A program made the translations under genes and the position numbers. A stretch of 64,000 bases of DNA from Lingula anatina (Eukaryota > Animalia > Brachiopoda): positions 40,340,788-40,404,787 of the forward strand of contig CM120640.1 in assembly GCA_051362555.1 (NCBI GenBank). Reading direction: 5' to 3'. Positions 46,501 to 58,883 of the stretch are shown one piece after another. How positions within the stretch are numbered: position 1 is the first letter of the stretch; each line of letters starts with the position of its first letter. The notes beneath the pieces are model-generated. The model saw nothing but the letters and a program-made list of their open reading frames with translations, was not told the origin of the DNA and did not search any database.

Positions 46501-49500
46501 GGGTGATTTAATGCCTTGATTCAATCTGATTTTTTTTTTTTTTTTTTTTTTTTTTACAAGTTTGAAAAAATTGTGGCAGGGCAGAAAAAAATTGCAATGG
46601 GGGAGAAATGGTGTATTCATACTAACCTGGGCCATTTGCTTTTATGGTTAAAATTTAGGGAAATAATAAATTGTATTGAATTGTATGAGAGCATGATGAT
46701 GATGATAAAGATAGCGCTTTCTAAGCTGCGTTTAGTGATATTTGAAGTAGTGGTTGTGCTAGAGATTCTAAGAAGCTGGTTCTGACATACCCTGGGCAGT
46801 GATGTTCTGCAGTTTCTGACTACATGGCTACTATGGGATCTTGTGGTCTTCTATTTGCACGGCATAATTCAAGACTTCATGCACTAATATGTGCTGCTTT
46901 ATATTGCATTCTCAAATTTCCTTCTCCAAGTTACAGGGAAGTGTTGCTTCTGATAATTGGGTTTTTTAGAGGGGAAAGGGATATATGCATGGGTTCAATA
47001 TTAATTTTCCAGTTTTGCATATAACAGCAAGACTGTTAGTTTTATATATTATTATAACCTGGCAATCAAAATTAGCATTATGCCGAAAGATTTTGACAAG
47101 TGGGACACTAATCCAAAATGTTGAGATGTGATTCTCATGGTGTATTGGGGCTGTGCTTTGCAGTACATATTCAAAGCTTTCCTGTGCTTGTACCAATATC
47201 CTGGCATCTTGGCTCCCTTGCTTGCAAAGTAAATACTTAAAACAAATGAAGGACACATCTATATAGAACTGTTCTTCTCTGTTGAAAGGCCATAGAGAAC
47301 CAACACCACCACCCACACCAGAGAAGAAGGAATCTGCCCCTGTGGCAGCATCAACACCAAAAGGTAGCTGTATTTGTGATGAAAGTGCATGGCTGATTCA
47401 TGCAGAGATATTTTGTTAAGAACAGGGGATGGGGGAGGAACGTGATAGGGATAGAGAAAAGGAGTAGAAGAGATATCATGGATAGAACAAAGAATGATTG
47501 AAATTAGTTGATATTGATGATAGAAAGTTGGTTTTCTGGGAAGGGTCATGGTTTCCTAATTGGGTTTTACCACATTTTTCCATCTCATAGATTAGATTGC
47601 AGTATGCGCACAGTAGTTGCTTTTATGTTGTGCTGTTGTGAATATTTGTTGCTGATGTGAAGTGTCTGCTGCTATAGTTCGCACTCCGTCGACTCCTTCA
47701 ACGGGGACACCAACCACCCCGAATCGTCACCACCGACCCAGGGGGCACTCGTTTGAAACGAACATTGATGACGTCTTTGATGAAAGAGCCCCATCCACTC
47801 CCAGGTCCGCGCGTGAAACCAACATTGATGATGTTTTAGATTCTCCGCCAAAACCTAAGGCTGTCAGCACTCCGCGGAGAGCTGCTGGTAATATTGCAAT
47901 GCATGTGCGGTGGCGGCTAGGGGGAAATATATTATGTATATAATCTACTTTGTTTTAATCCAACACATTTATTTACAGGACTTGTTTTCCTCTCTGTGAT
48001 TGGTGATATATCAACTATTACTCAGATGTGTATTTGAAATATGCATTTAATCAGTATTTAATGATAATGTGATTAATTATGTTAGGTCTAATTTAGCTTT
48101 AAAATAAGAAGTTAATTGACTAGTCAGTAACTTATGCCCTAGATCTACAAAAAAAATAATTGTCAAAATATTAACAAAGGATATCTAATAATAAAAAATT
48201 AAATTAAATATTTAATACAGTAACTTGACTAATTAGTAACAAGATATTGATAAGACAATTAACATTAATTCAAGTAACATGGCATTGAAAAATAATACTT
48301 AAGGGTTTGTTTTTGTCATTTCTGGAATGGTGATAGGTAATTACTACTACTGTTATAATTATGAGGGAGAGGCTATTGACATGTTAAGAAACATAATCCA
48401 GTGTAGCTTCTTTATGAACATTTGTTTTATGTTTGCATTGAACATGCATTGTGTTACATTTGCATTATGTTTTATGTTGGCATATTTTATTTGTTTTGAT
48501 TATTATCATTTATACATATAATGTGCTTGTGATATTGTGTTTGCCTGTATGTTGATCCTTTGCTTGGATTTCAGTAATGATTTGACTGGTAGTATCTCTT
48601 TTTATATTATAAGCAGTATCTCTTCATATTATAAGCAGTAAACTTTTCTTTAAGTAATTGATGTATAATACACCTGTATGTTGAACTCATAGTATCACCT
48701 ATATAATTTCACCATAGCATGTAGATGTATTGGCATGTGACTTTTGTTGTTGTATTGCATGTATCAGAACCCCCAGCTGACTTCCAGAGGACTAGCTCTG
48801 CCAGATATCCACCCAGAAGTCCAGAGTGTAAGTGTTCACCTCCACCACTGTTTTTCCCTTCTCTAATAACCTTCTAATACTTACTAAAAGCACTGTTACT
48901 GATATGGTGGTCTCTTCCTTTTCTGCAACAGTAACTGTTATTGTGGGATTAAACTGTTGTCTGTTTTGGGGGAGAACTCATTTAATGCTATGATATCAGT
49001 TTTCAGGGGCTCTGATGAAAAAAGATAACTTTAGTTTAACATAAGTGAAAAGAAAGAGAAAATGAAGAGAGAAATCACCAGTGCTATATACTTCTTTCTG
49101 TTGCTTCCTGTTCTAACCTAGACTGAACTTAGATCTATTCCTGTTTGACTTACTAACCCTCTGATGTGTTTTTTTGTTGGCAGTTGTGCGTGAAACATTA
49201 CTGCTTACATGGATAGTAGATAATTAATGTTGTAGCAGCCCACCGTCTTTCTTTTGTTTACATAGTTTTATTAACTTTCATGGATTGCATGGGTTCATAT
49301 TAATGATCAACTAATCACTCTCACATATTAAAAGCACACCAAAAGCAAAACTGATGTATAACATTAATAATATAACAGTATTTCCTTTAATGTTTCCTCT
49401 GATTTGAAAACAAGTCACCTATATAGACCTACATAGTGCAATTTAGTATTATCAGATGCTGTTGCTACTACTAGTTATAAAAAATGAATGTATGCTATAC

Positions 49501-49813
49501 TAAGAAAACCATGATTAGTGTGGTACAGTGATAAAGATGGCTTAGGGCTTCAGCAGTATTTCTTCTGTATCACAATAGGTACAGGCTAAGGCAGTCTGGT
49601 ATAGTACCTTCAGCTAGCTGTGTACTAGTATTTGACTGTATAGCCTATTATACTCCCTATAACAAGGTGATTGGGGACTATGTACATTAACTATATTACA
49701 CACTAGGGTAAAATGCTTTTGATCATATTCTGGATTGATGACAAAGCATGCTGGTGTTTTCTTACTCACTTTGATTCACTTCTCACAGTGTTCAGCAGTT
49801 AATATAGTACATT

Positions 49814-49902
<89 letters not shown>

Positions 49903-51664
49903 CCTAGTTTTGCAGTTGAGGCTTTCTTGGCTTGACAGGGCAACATTTAACAAGAAAAGCTTATTATGGTTTTATATTATTATTTTGGCAGATTTTCCTT
50001 TGGCATTAATATTTATTACATTTAGGTCTAATTTAGAATAATGATTTGTTTTCTTTTGAAATACTCTTAACTTTATAAAGTTTTGTTTTTAATTTAGGTT
50101 TTATCTACCCCTTACATTGCATTAGTCCTAAAGTTGTGTAATGGTAATAATTAGTCTGTTTCTTTTGTATGCATGGTAATGGGCCTTGATGTAAAGTGAT
50201 AATGGATTGTTCACAGTGATTTATTTTTGTAATAGACAGTTTATTTGAAAAGAAGTGCTTGCCACTTTCAAATCTTTTTGCTGATTGCATGATTTTTGCA
50301 TTGTGCTATAGTGGTAGAAGATTTAAAGCAAAACTTTGAGCGATCAAAGTCTGAACGCATGCCAAAGAAAAAAGGAAGAGGTAAGAGATTATTTGAAACT
50401 TGAAAAGAAGAGCAACTTGCACAAGTACTTAGTACAGTGTATTATAGAACTGCACTATTTATGAATAGAGCACTTTCTAGTAGTGAGTTTCTGCATTTTG
50501 GTTTTAGTTTCATTTACTAGTCTGATATTTCATTTAGTTTGTATTCTACCTTGAATTGTATAGCATGTGACCTGAACATGTGGTTGCCATGACTGTGCAT
50601 CATAGAGTTAGAACAGTTTGTTAAAACACACACCTTGTAATAGCACACAGGTTTGTGGGCTGTGAGTTCTCAAATGCCCTTAACATCGCGGGTTTACCAT
50701 ACCTAGTATAAGCAAGTGATAAGTACCTGAGAATGATGAAGTGTTTGGATAGGGTTTGGCAAAACAACGTGTTTACTTGTAGTGGTGCCATTTGTTGGTT
50801 GCAGTGACTTATTGGGTTCATAAGGTTTGCAGTTTGGGGAAGTACATGTGCTGATGTTAATGGGAAGATAAGAAATTGTGCAGAGACGTACGGCTTCCCG
50901 AAACATTCTTTATTCATGTGTGTGCAAGTTCTTGGTGTGGAAAGCTGTCATAAGGATTGTAGTTCTATGTTTGGGCTGTGGTGCATATGGAAAGAATCAG
51001 ATGTGCAAAGATAAAGGGGGAAAAATTAAAATCAATTTTAAAAAGTAAAAAAAAAATATTGCTAATTGTAGGTGAAGTGGAAGCTGGCTCCCCTGCCAAG
51101 TCTGACACCATGCGCTCCACAGATAGTGCTGGAGACACACTGGATGAACGCAGCAGCAAAGAGGTGAGGACCCAATGATTGATCAAATTAATCTCTTTTC
51201 AAGTGTAGATTAATGTAGAAAAAATCAGCTGTACATTTGAATGCATTGATTTTGAGAGGTGCATAGTTTTAAAGTGCTTCTCTTCTTCACTGCAATCTTC
51301 CATGGTTCTGGTAATTGCAGTATTATATTCCTTACATCCATGAAGCAATTCTGTTAAAAAAAGTTTTATTTGAAAAAAGTTCTGGTTTGAAAATTGTTAT
51401 TTTGGTATCTCAGGTTAAAGGTGATATATTTTTATTTTCTTATTGTGTGGTAGACCTGAACTTGAAGGCTCTTGAAATCTTTCATTGTAGGGGTCACCAA
51501 CCAAGGAACCAACAGAATCTCCTACCAAGGAGAAGAAGAAGAAAAAGAAGCTCCGACTGCCATCCTTCTCCAAGAAGAAGAAGGAAAAGAAAGAGAAGGA
51601 AAAGCACGAAAAGGCAGATAAAGAGAAACCAACTGCTCAAACAGCAACACAGTCGGCAGTGTGA
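33037..51664 (+). CDS. ADD1: Adducin (hu-li tai shao / alpha-adducin-like), ~832 aa with all exons included
   Basis: Exons 33037-33100, 34691-34945, 35277-35428, 38851-39081, 40910-41053, 42172-42270, 42654-42830, 43105-43229, 43460-43589, 43857-43970, 44277-44369, 44754-44940, 45717-45764, 47289-47363, 47678-47887, 48768-48827, 50312-50380, 51072-51163, 51491-51664 total 2499 nt in frame. Adducin hallmarks: [92 protein letters not shown] and the MARCKS-like [16 protein letters not shown]. Invertebrates usually have one adducin, so the ADD1 symbol is nominal. Confidence 0.95.
40528..40576. repeat. Poly(T) tract
   Basis: About 49 consecutive T in an adducin intron. Confidence 0.9.
46310..46428. 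mobile_element. Degenerate MITE with CAGGGTTGCT termini (hAT-like)
   Basis: CAGGGTTGCTGACTT ... AAGTTAGCAACCCTG, 14/15 inverted match; no clear TSD. Confidence 0.55.
49817..49901. repeat. (TA)n microsatellite
   Basis: Perfect AT run. Confidence 0.97.
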
Positions 51665-53621
51665 GCTTCTCCTCAGCAGCCATTTATAGGGCACATTTCT
51701 ACAACTGACTTCTCGCATGTGTAATATTGTTGTACATTGAAACTATGCTGAAGCCTTATTAATATCAATTTATGATCAATGTCCAGTACATATATATACA
51801 TGTAAAGTTTTGGCAGCGGATGAAAAGAAAAGGTGATTGATATAGATGGTCAGTGCTATGGCTAGCTTCAATGTGGGGACAGTATGGTCAGTTCAGTTTT
51901 TTTCTGTGGGAACGGAGAAATGGATCCTAAAATATTGATGTATTTCCGGGGCCTACTTTCTTAGATACACAAGCGCAGGATTATAAAGGACTTCCAATAA
52001 GCTTTGTCCAGTGGATTTTTGCTCAAAGCATTTTAAAACCAACCTCCCCGGATTACATTAATATTTGATGATGAACATATTGCAACATATATGAAGCTAG
52101 AGCAGTGTGGCTTGTTTTTCTTCCCTTTTCTCTAGTGATGACCATGAATACAAATTGAGGGGATCGAAGAAAGAAAAAAAAGCAAGAGATTTCCTATATG
52201 CAGCTTTTATAACCAGGGGAGGATATATATATTTGTGTATGTGAAAATACCTTGCTTTTGTTAACAGTAAAACTCAGATTCCATCAGTGTATTACTACAG
52301 TTAGGAGGGCTCATTCACTATCAGGAAAGATGGAAGAATTATCGTTTCGCTATTGTTGTCTGAAAAGCCGTCACCCACAGTCACCCTGGTTTGTTTCGTA
52401 CATTTTTTCTTTCCATATCTACCCTGTGTGTGTGCGTGTGCAATTCCAGCAGGGCCCTGTGCATTGGCAAGATTGACAAGTTTGCAAGGAAACTGCGCGC
52501 TTATTTTTACATATTGATGGCAACAATGTTATAATTCTATGATATCAGTTTTTTGTGTACTGCAGGTCTGAACAATATCAGCCACTGTATATTGGATAAT
52601 CACAAAGCATTGGAAAAAATGCCTATAATTTTTTTTTTTTTTTTCTGTTTTTTATTATAGAAAATTTCTGATAATTGTTTGTATTGTGCATGCATTGTAA
52701 ATGTGTACAGTAGTTTTGCTCTTCTTACACTTATAGGCTGCTTTGCAGATTAGTGGAGATGCATATATATATATTAGTGTAGTATGGTAGATCTTAGCTC
52801 CCTTAAGATGAACTACCACTATGGTTAATTGTTAATATTTTGTATTTGGAAAAGTGTTTTTATGTAGGAGTTTGTAGCTGTGGCAACATTGATGTCATGG
52901 TTGTGGAATGTGCCAACTTACTGCTTTGTCTTTGTTTTTCCTTGAATTCTCAGTGCACTTCTTTCCAGAAGAAAATGTTTTTATGGTAGGAGATCCAAGA
53001 TCTTATTACAGATAATGGGGTTTAAGATACTTTAAGCTTGCTTTAGTAGATTTTAGGTCTTTTTCACTGTTATTTTTAATGACTGCTTAAATAGCAAATG
53101 CTTATGTTGAATGCTGATGAAAGGGAAAAATTACAGATCACATCAGTGTTTTTAGAATAATTACATGTAAATGAATTTTATTACTGAATCAATCTGCTGT
53201 ATCTAAAGCAGCGTACCATTTAAGAAATAACAATTTTAGATTTTATATTTTACCCCTACAATTTTTTTACTACATGTAGTGTTGTAAAGATGTCCCCTCA
53301 GAAATGACACCTTTCACACTTAGACCCTTTAGTTCACTGCCAGCAAAGCAAGAAAAGTGTAAGATAAATTACCAACAAGGTCATTACAGTGGAGAAATAA
53401 TAAACATTGCTTAATTTTACAATGAAGCACACAGCAGGAGAGAATATATCCTCGTAACTCTATTGCTACTCATGATAGCAGTTTTGTATGTACTTTAATA
53501 AAACAAAAAAAAAAGGAGTCTATTCTGCTCTGTGCTCCAATGCAGTAACAATGCTTCCGACTTGCCTGGTTTGACATTGTAAATGTTGACTAAAAAGCTT
53601 CTAAGTTCATCATGCTGTGTC

Positions 53622-53627
53622 AATAAA
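53622..53627 (+). terminator. Candidate adducin poly(A) signal
   Basis: AATAAA followed 25-40 nt later by a GT/T-rich element; further AATAAA near 53396 and 53497. Confidence 0.55.
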
Positions 53628-53751
53628 AATGTGGATAACCATCCAGTGGGTTCCTTGTGTTATTATTTTTATGTACAGACACAGATGTGTCTGTACATAT
53701 AGCCATCATCTGCGTCTGTCGTCGCCGTCGTCGCCGTCGCCATGCTCTTTT

Positions 53752-54710
53752 ACCGATAACACGATAAGTGGAAAACTGTTTTTTCTTTTGGCTTGAAACT
53801 TACAGAACTAATGAATATTCATAATACGCAGGTCAAGTTCGAAAATCAGCATGATCGGGTCACTTATAGGGAATTTATGCTGTTTTTTCACTTTTTTCAG
53901 CATAAATGAAGCACCGATAACACGATAAGTGGAAAACTGTTTTACTTTTTGGCTTGAAACTTACAGAACTGATGAATATTCATAATACGCAGGTCAAGTT
54001 CGAAAATCAGGGTGATTGGGTCATTTTTAATGAATTTAGGCTATTTTTTCTCTTTTTTCAGCATAAATGCAGCACCGATAACATGATAAGTGGAAAACCA
54101 TTTTACTTTTTGGCTTGAAACTTACAGAACTGATAAATATTCATAATACGCAGGTCAAGTTCGAAAATCGGCATGATTGGGTCATTTTTTAGTGAATTTA
54201 GGCTATATTTTCTCTTTTTTCAGCATATATATACAGCACCGATAACACGATAACTGGAAAACCGTTTTGGCTTTTGGCTTGAAACTTAGAGAACTGATAA
54301 ATATTTATAATACGCAGGTCAAGTTCGAAAATCAGCATGATCGGGTGACTTGTAGGGAAGTTATGCTGTTTTTTTTTTACTTTTTTCAGCATATATGCAG
54401 CACCGATAACACGATAAGTGGAAAACAGCTTTACTTTTTGGCTTCAAACTTACAAAACTGATGAAGATTCATAATCCGCAGATCAAGTTCAAAAATCAGC
54501 ATGATCAAGCCATTTTTAGGGGAGTTATGCTATTTTTTCACTTTTTTCAACATATATGCAACACTGATAACACTATATAAGAAAAACAGATAGGCCAATT
54601 GTCATTATACTTACAGGAGTGGTCAATCTTACTAAAATGCAGGTTGAGTTGGAAAATCAGCATAATCTGGCCATTATTTTAGAAGTTATGCTGTTTTTTC
54701 ACATTTCCTC
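53752..54710 (+). repeat. Tandem array of about 6 x 161-164 bp core repeats
   Basis: ACCGATAACACGATAAGTGGAAAAC-like starts at 53752, 53913, 54074, 54238, 54402 and 54563; shared TTGAAACTTACAG and GGTCAAGTTCGAAAATC motifs. Confidence 0.95.
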
Positions 54711-55109
54711 AGATTCAATTCTTAAGCATGTTAACAGTCTCATTATTTAACTAATAAGATACGTAAAAGTGTTTGTTTGATATTTCCTGCATCTTTACAA
54801 CATTGTTAGTTGATTATGTAAAAATGATGGTAAACTTGATATCGTGTATTGTGTAATAAAGTGTCAAAAATGGAAATAAACTCATATCATATCATATTGC
54901 AGTTTGTTAGATTCAATCATCAACTATGTTCAGAATCTCAGAATGGAGGAAATTGGACATTTAACACTGTTCTATTGATATTTTTCCCATCTCATCAATT
55001 TTCTTAGTTGGTCATATAAAAATGGAAGTATACTGTTTATTTTGTTTTGTTTAAAAAGTGTTAAAATGGAAATAAACCCATTTCAGAACAGTGCTGTCTT
55101 TTTTACAGT

Positions 55110-56600
55110 TTGGCATTTTTAAGATGTGACTTTGAAGTTCCATGAGCCTGCAGATCTTTGCTAGTCACATTTTCTGAATATCCATGATACTAATATTTTA
55201 TGATTAAAAATTGATGGTCATTATGCTGTAAAACATTATGTAATATTGCATCAAAATTTGAAGAAACCCCTATTTTGGACACTGCTCCCATGATGACCAT
55301 TTAAGGAAAGTCATGTCACTTACTGTTCTCAAACTTACAGGAAAGAAACATGGGACTAAAATACAGCTTCAGTAGGCAATGCAGTCTGTTTGGTAAATTT
55401 TTCTGGTAGTTAAGCAGTTTTTTTGTGAAAATTTAATTTTTCACATATTGGCATTTTCAATGTATGACTTTGAAGTTCCATGATCCTGAAGACCTTTGCT
55501 TGTCACATTTTCTGAATATGCGTTATACTAATATTTTATAATTAAAAATTGATGGTCATTATGCTGTTAAACATTATATAATGTTGCATCAAAATTTGAA
55601 GAAACCCCTGTTTTGGGCACTGCTCCCATGATGACCATTTAAGGAAAATCGTGTCAATTACTGTTCTCAAACTTACAGGAAAGAAACATGGGTCTAAAAT
55701 ACAGCTTCAGTAGGCAATGCAGTCTGTTTGGTAAATTTTTCTGGCAATTAAACAGTTTTTTGTGAAAATGTAATTTTTCACATATTGGCATTTCCAAGGT
55801 GTGACTTAGAACCTCCACGGGCTTGAAGACCCATGCTAGTCACATTTTCTGAAAATTCATGACACTTATATTTTATTATTAAAAATCGATGGTCATTATG
55901 TTGTTAAGCATTATGTAATATTGCATCAAAATAGAAGAAAACACAATTTTGGGTGCTGCTGCCTTGATGACCATTATGGGAAAACTGTGTTACTTATGAC
56001 TGTCAAACTTTCAAAAAAGAAACACAGGACTAAAATGCAGCCTGAGTTGGAAAAGCAGTCTAATTGGCTTCTTTTTCTGGAAGCTATACATTTTAGTGTA
56101 ATATTCATTATCTTTTTGGCATATTCATTGTGGGACTCAGAGCTCCCATGAACATGAAGCCGAATGGTAATCATATTTTCTACATGTCCATCCTATTTAT
56201 AGTCAATAAACAAAAATTGGTGATAATTATTCTCTAATTTATTATGTAATGTTACATCAAAATTGACAACAATCTTTTTGCACTGCTACTGCAAACATTA
56301 TGAAAAGAAAACTGTGCTACTTATTATCATTTTTAACTTACAAGTACGATTTTTAGGATTGGCCTTCAGCTCATATGAGAAAACCAGCTCTATTGGATTA
56401 TCATTTTTATTGAATTTATGCATTTTTTGTGAAATTTTCATTTTTCTCATTCTGGCACTTTCTAAGTATAAACTTGAACTCCGATGGGCCTGAAGCCTTA
56501 TGCTTTTAATTTCGTCTGTGTTACCTGTTGTGCATAAGTTGATGTTGACTGTGCAGTTAAACATAATGTATTATTGCATCAGGATTGGTAGTCTCCTATT
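55110..56600 (+). repeat. Tandem array of ~338-bp units (3 clear copies plus 1-2 degenerate)
   Basis: GATGGTCATTATG recurs at 55213, 55551 and 55888, with a degenerate copy near 56219; shared TTGCATCAAAAT and AAACTTACAGGAAAGAAACA. Confidence 0.9.
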
Positions 56601-56876
56601 TTGGGCATTATGGTTTTGTGCTTTTCTTTAAGTGCGACTTATGGGCCTAAAGACCTTTGAGTGGGTCAGTCTGTAAATTACCCTTGGGTATCACTAGATT
56701 AATTTCAGAGTTATAAAGTCATTTGCCTTAATAGGCCATTAAATGAGATTACATAAAACACACTTGTTGATATTTCCCTGTAAACTCCCAAAGGTAAAGC
56801 TCTCTGCTAGATTAATAATAAGGAAGCAGTGATAATTATGCAGGTAAATTTTGTTTAATATTGCAAATAAGTTTTA

Positions 56877-56880
<4 letters not shown>

Positions 56881-56940
<60 letters not shown>
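56881..56940. repeat. (TA)n microsatellite
   Basis: Perfect AT run. Confidence 0.97.
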
Positions 56941-56942
<2 letters not shown>

Positions 56943-56987
56943 AACTGGAAGATTAAAAGTTTGAATAGCATCTTCATTGGAATTATA

Positions 56988-57224
56988 TTTACCTCAAGCT
57001 CTGCCAAGGAGGTCATATTTTCACCCCCGTTTGTCTGTCATCCACATAACACAAAAAGTTATGGACTGATTTTGCAGAAATTTTCAGGAACTGTCGGAAG
57101 TGGGCCAAAGAGGACAATGATTAATTTTTGGTGGTGGTCTGGAACAATAATCAATCAATTATCAATAATAATCAACAATTGCTGCCTTGGCAGAGGTCTG
57201 CACTCTCAAAGTGCTTTTCTAGCT
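56988..57224 (+). mobile_element. Small nested HINE-type element of a second family
   Basis: 5' TTTACCTC..CTGCCAAGGAGGT plus GTTTGTCTGTC; 3' CCTTGGCAGAGGT (inverted copy), hairpin GCACT-CTCAA-AGTGC and TTTTCTAG. Confidence 0.75.
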
Positions 57225-58883
57225 TTGTTATGTTTTCCTTTATCATTTTTTCTCAAACACTTGCATTTGTGACTTTTAACTCTCATCTGCCTGGGGCTCT
57301 GCACATTTTCTGTATTTCCACATAAGCAGTTGTATTGTTTTTTATGTCTTTAAACATTATGTAATATTATTTTATGCACTGTCATCATTTTTCAAATATT
57401 GAGAGTTTCATAATGTGAATTTGAACTCTCATGGTCCTGAAACTAATTTTATTGAAGGGGTGGACCATCTTCTGGGTCTTCCTGAAGACAGTCAGGTTAT
57501 TAAGTTTATATTGACTGGTATCTATTTTTTTCTGTTGGAAGACCATCAAAATGGAGGATGGATCAATATAGATACTTTGTAATACTGTCAGAAAATATCT
57601 CTGGGTCCGCTCCTGTTATTGACCATGTTACCTGTTGTGCAAGATTAAAATTCAGTGTTGACTGACAGTGCTATTATAAGCATTATTTATTATTGCATCA
57701 AAATTGACAAAATGACCTTTTTTGCATCTTTATTTTCTGTTTTTTGTCTGTACATTTGACAGCTTTGCTGCCTTGTTTATAGATGAAAGTTTTAATGTAG
57801 AGGATTTTTAAAAGCACTTCCAACTGAACTGCAAAACTGGATATGGTGTAGTTTGTCAATATTGTTTTATTTCTCAAATGTGAAGCATGTTATTTATTCC
57901 CTAGGAGTGACATTTATACAAATGTTATTAACATAAATAATATACCCTATGTAGCACCTGTTTTATTAGAAAAACAGACATGTCCTCTGACTGCACCCAA
58001 ATTCAAATTATTAAGAAATTTACAGTAATCAAAGATAATAGCCTAAACTAAATAATGAATACCTGATTAAAAAGGATTTAATATGCCTAAAAGATGTGGA
58101 GTTTGGGCCCTAACTTCTCTCTATTCTTTTTCTTGGAACTTGCCTGGAGTTTGGGCACTGTGCTTTAATTCTGCACCATGAATTAACATTCATTTTAAAT
58201 TAAGAATAAATCCTTAACAAGACATTTATGAAAAATTATCTAAATATGACCATAAACAGATTGGTAAAATATTGAAAAAATAACTTGGATTTTAAATGAC
58301 AATGAAAGCTTGTATCACAGGTTTTGCCAATACTCACCGCCCCCCCCCCCCCCCCATTCCTTAGTCGAGGACTAAATTTCTATTTTCATCCTCAAAAAAA
58401 AACATTTTATCATACAAAAATTGCACAAGTGTATAGGTTGCAGGTAGCAGAATGTCTACATTTATATTGTTTTGATTCATTTCCATGTCTAGCTCTAAAT
58501 TTGCATGGCACATTTAATATTATTTAACATAATTAATTTGAATCACTAAGAAGTACAGGTACAGCTGCAGTATAAACTGCAGGCTTAAAAATGGTGCAAA
58601 AATGAGTAAAGCTAGTGTATTTACATACCCATTTTCTTATCTTGCTCCCTGTCAGGAGTCTTAGTTAAAAATTTAACTGGACACTAGATGGTAATGACAT
58701 ATGGATGGTTTCATTCATTCAACTCTGATTTCTGCTTTGTAGCAGCCACTGCCAAAATTCTTCAATAAATCAAAGTCACAAAAACTTGTGTCAGTCCTTA
58801 AAATCACCCCCATTCTTCAATATAAATGCATAGGAAGAAAACTAATATGTATATTTAATATACTGTAATGGTCCAGCTGGCTA

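Larger units (their letters stand above)
53666..57778 (+). mobile_element. Non-autonomous Helentron-associated element (HINE / DINE-1 / Pearl-like) carrying tandem arrays
   Basis: 5' T-run plus a 14-bp hairpin TATGTACAGACACA-GA-TGTGTCTGTACATA (53670-53699), then a GTC/GCC microsatellite and tandem cores. The 3' end has the subterminal IR TGTCTGTACAT (57745-57755), a short stem-loop GACAGC-TTT-GCTGCC and TTGTTT. Confidence 0.8.

Noticed and set aside
46683-46790. Possible intronic C/D box snoRNA (ATGATGA ... CTGA with GTATG/CATAC flanks)
   Set aside because: The C box is part of an (ATG)n run, the terminal stem spacing is atypical, and no convincing rRNA guide lies next to the D box; snoscan would settle it.
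53752-54710. Regular repeats considered as a CRISPR array
   Set aside because: Whole 162-bp units are repeated with no unique spacers, the context is eukaryotic, and there are no cas genes.
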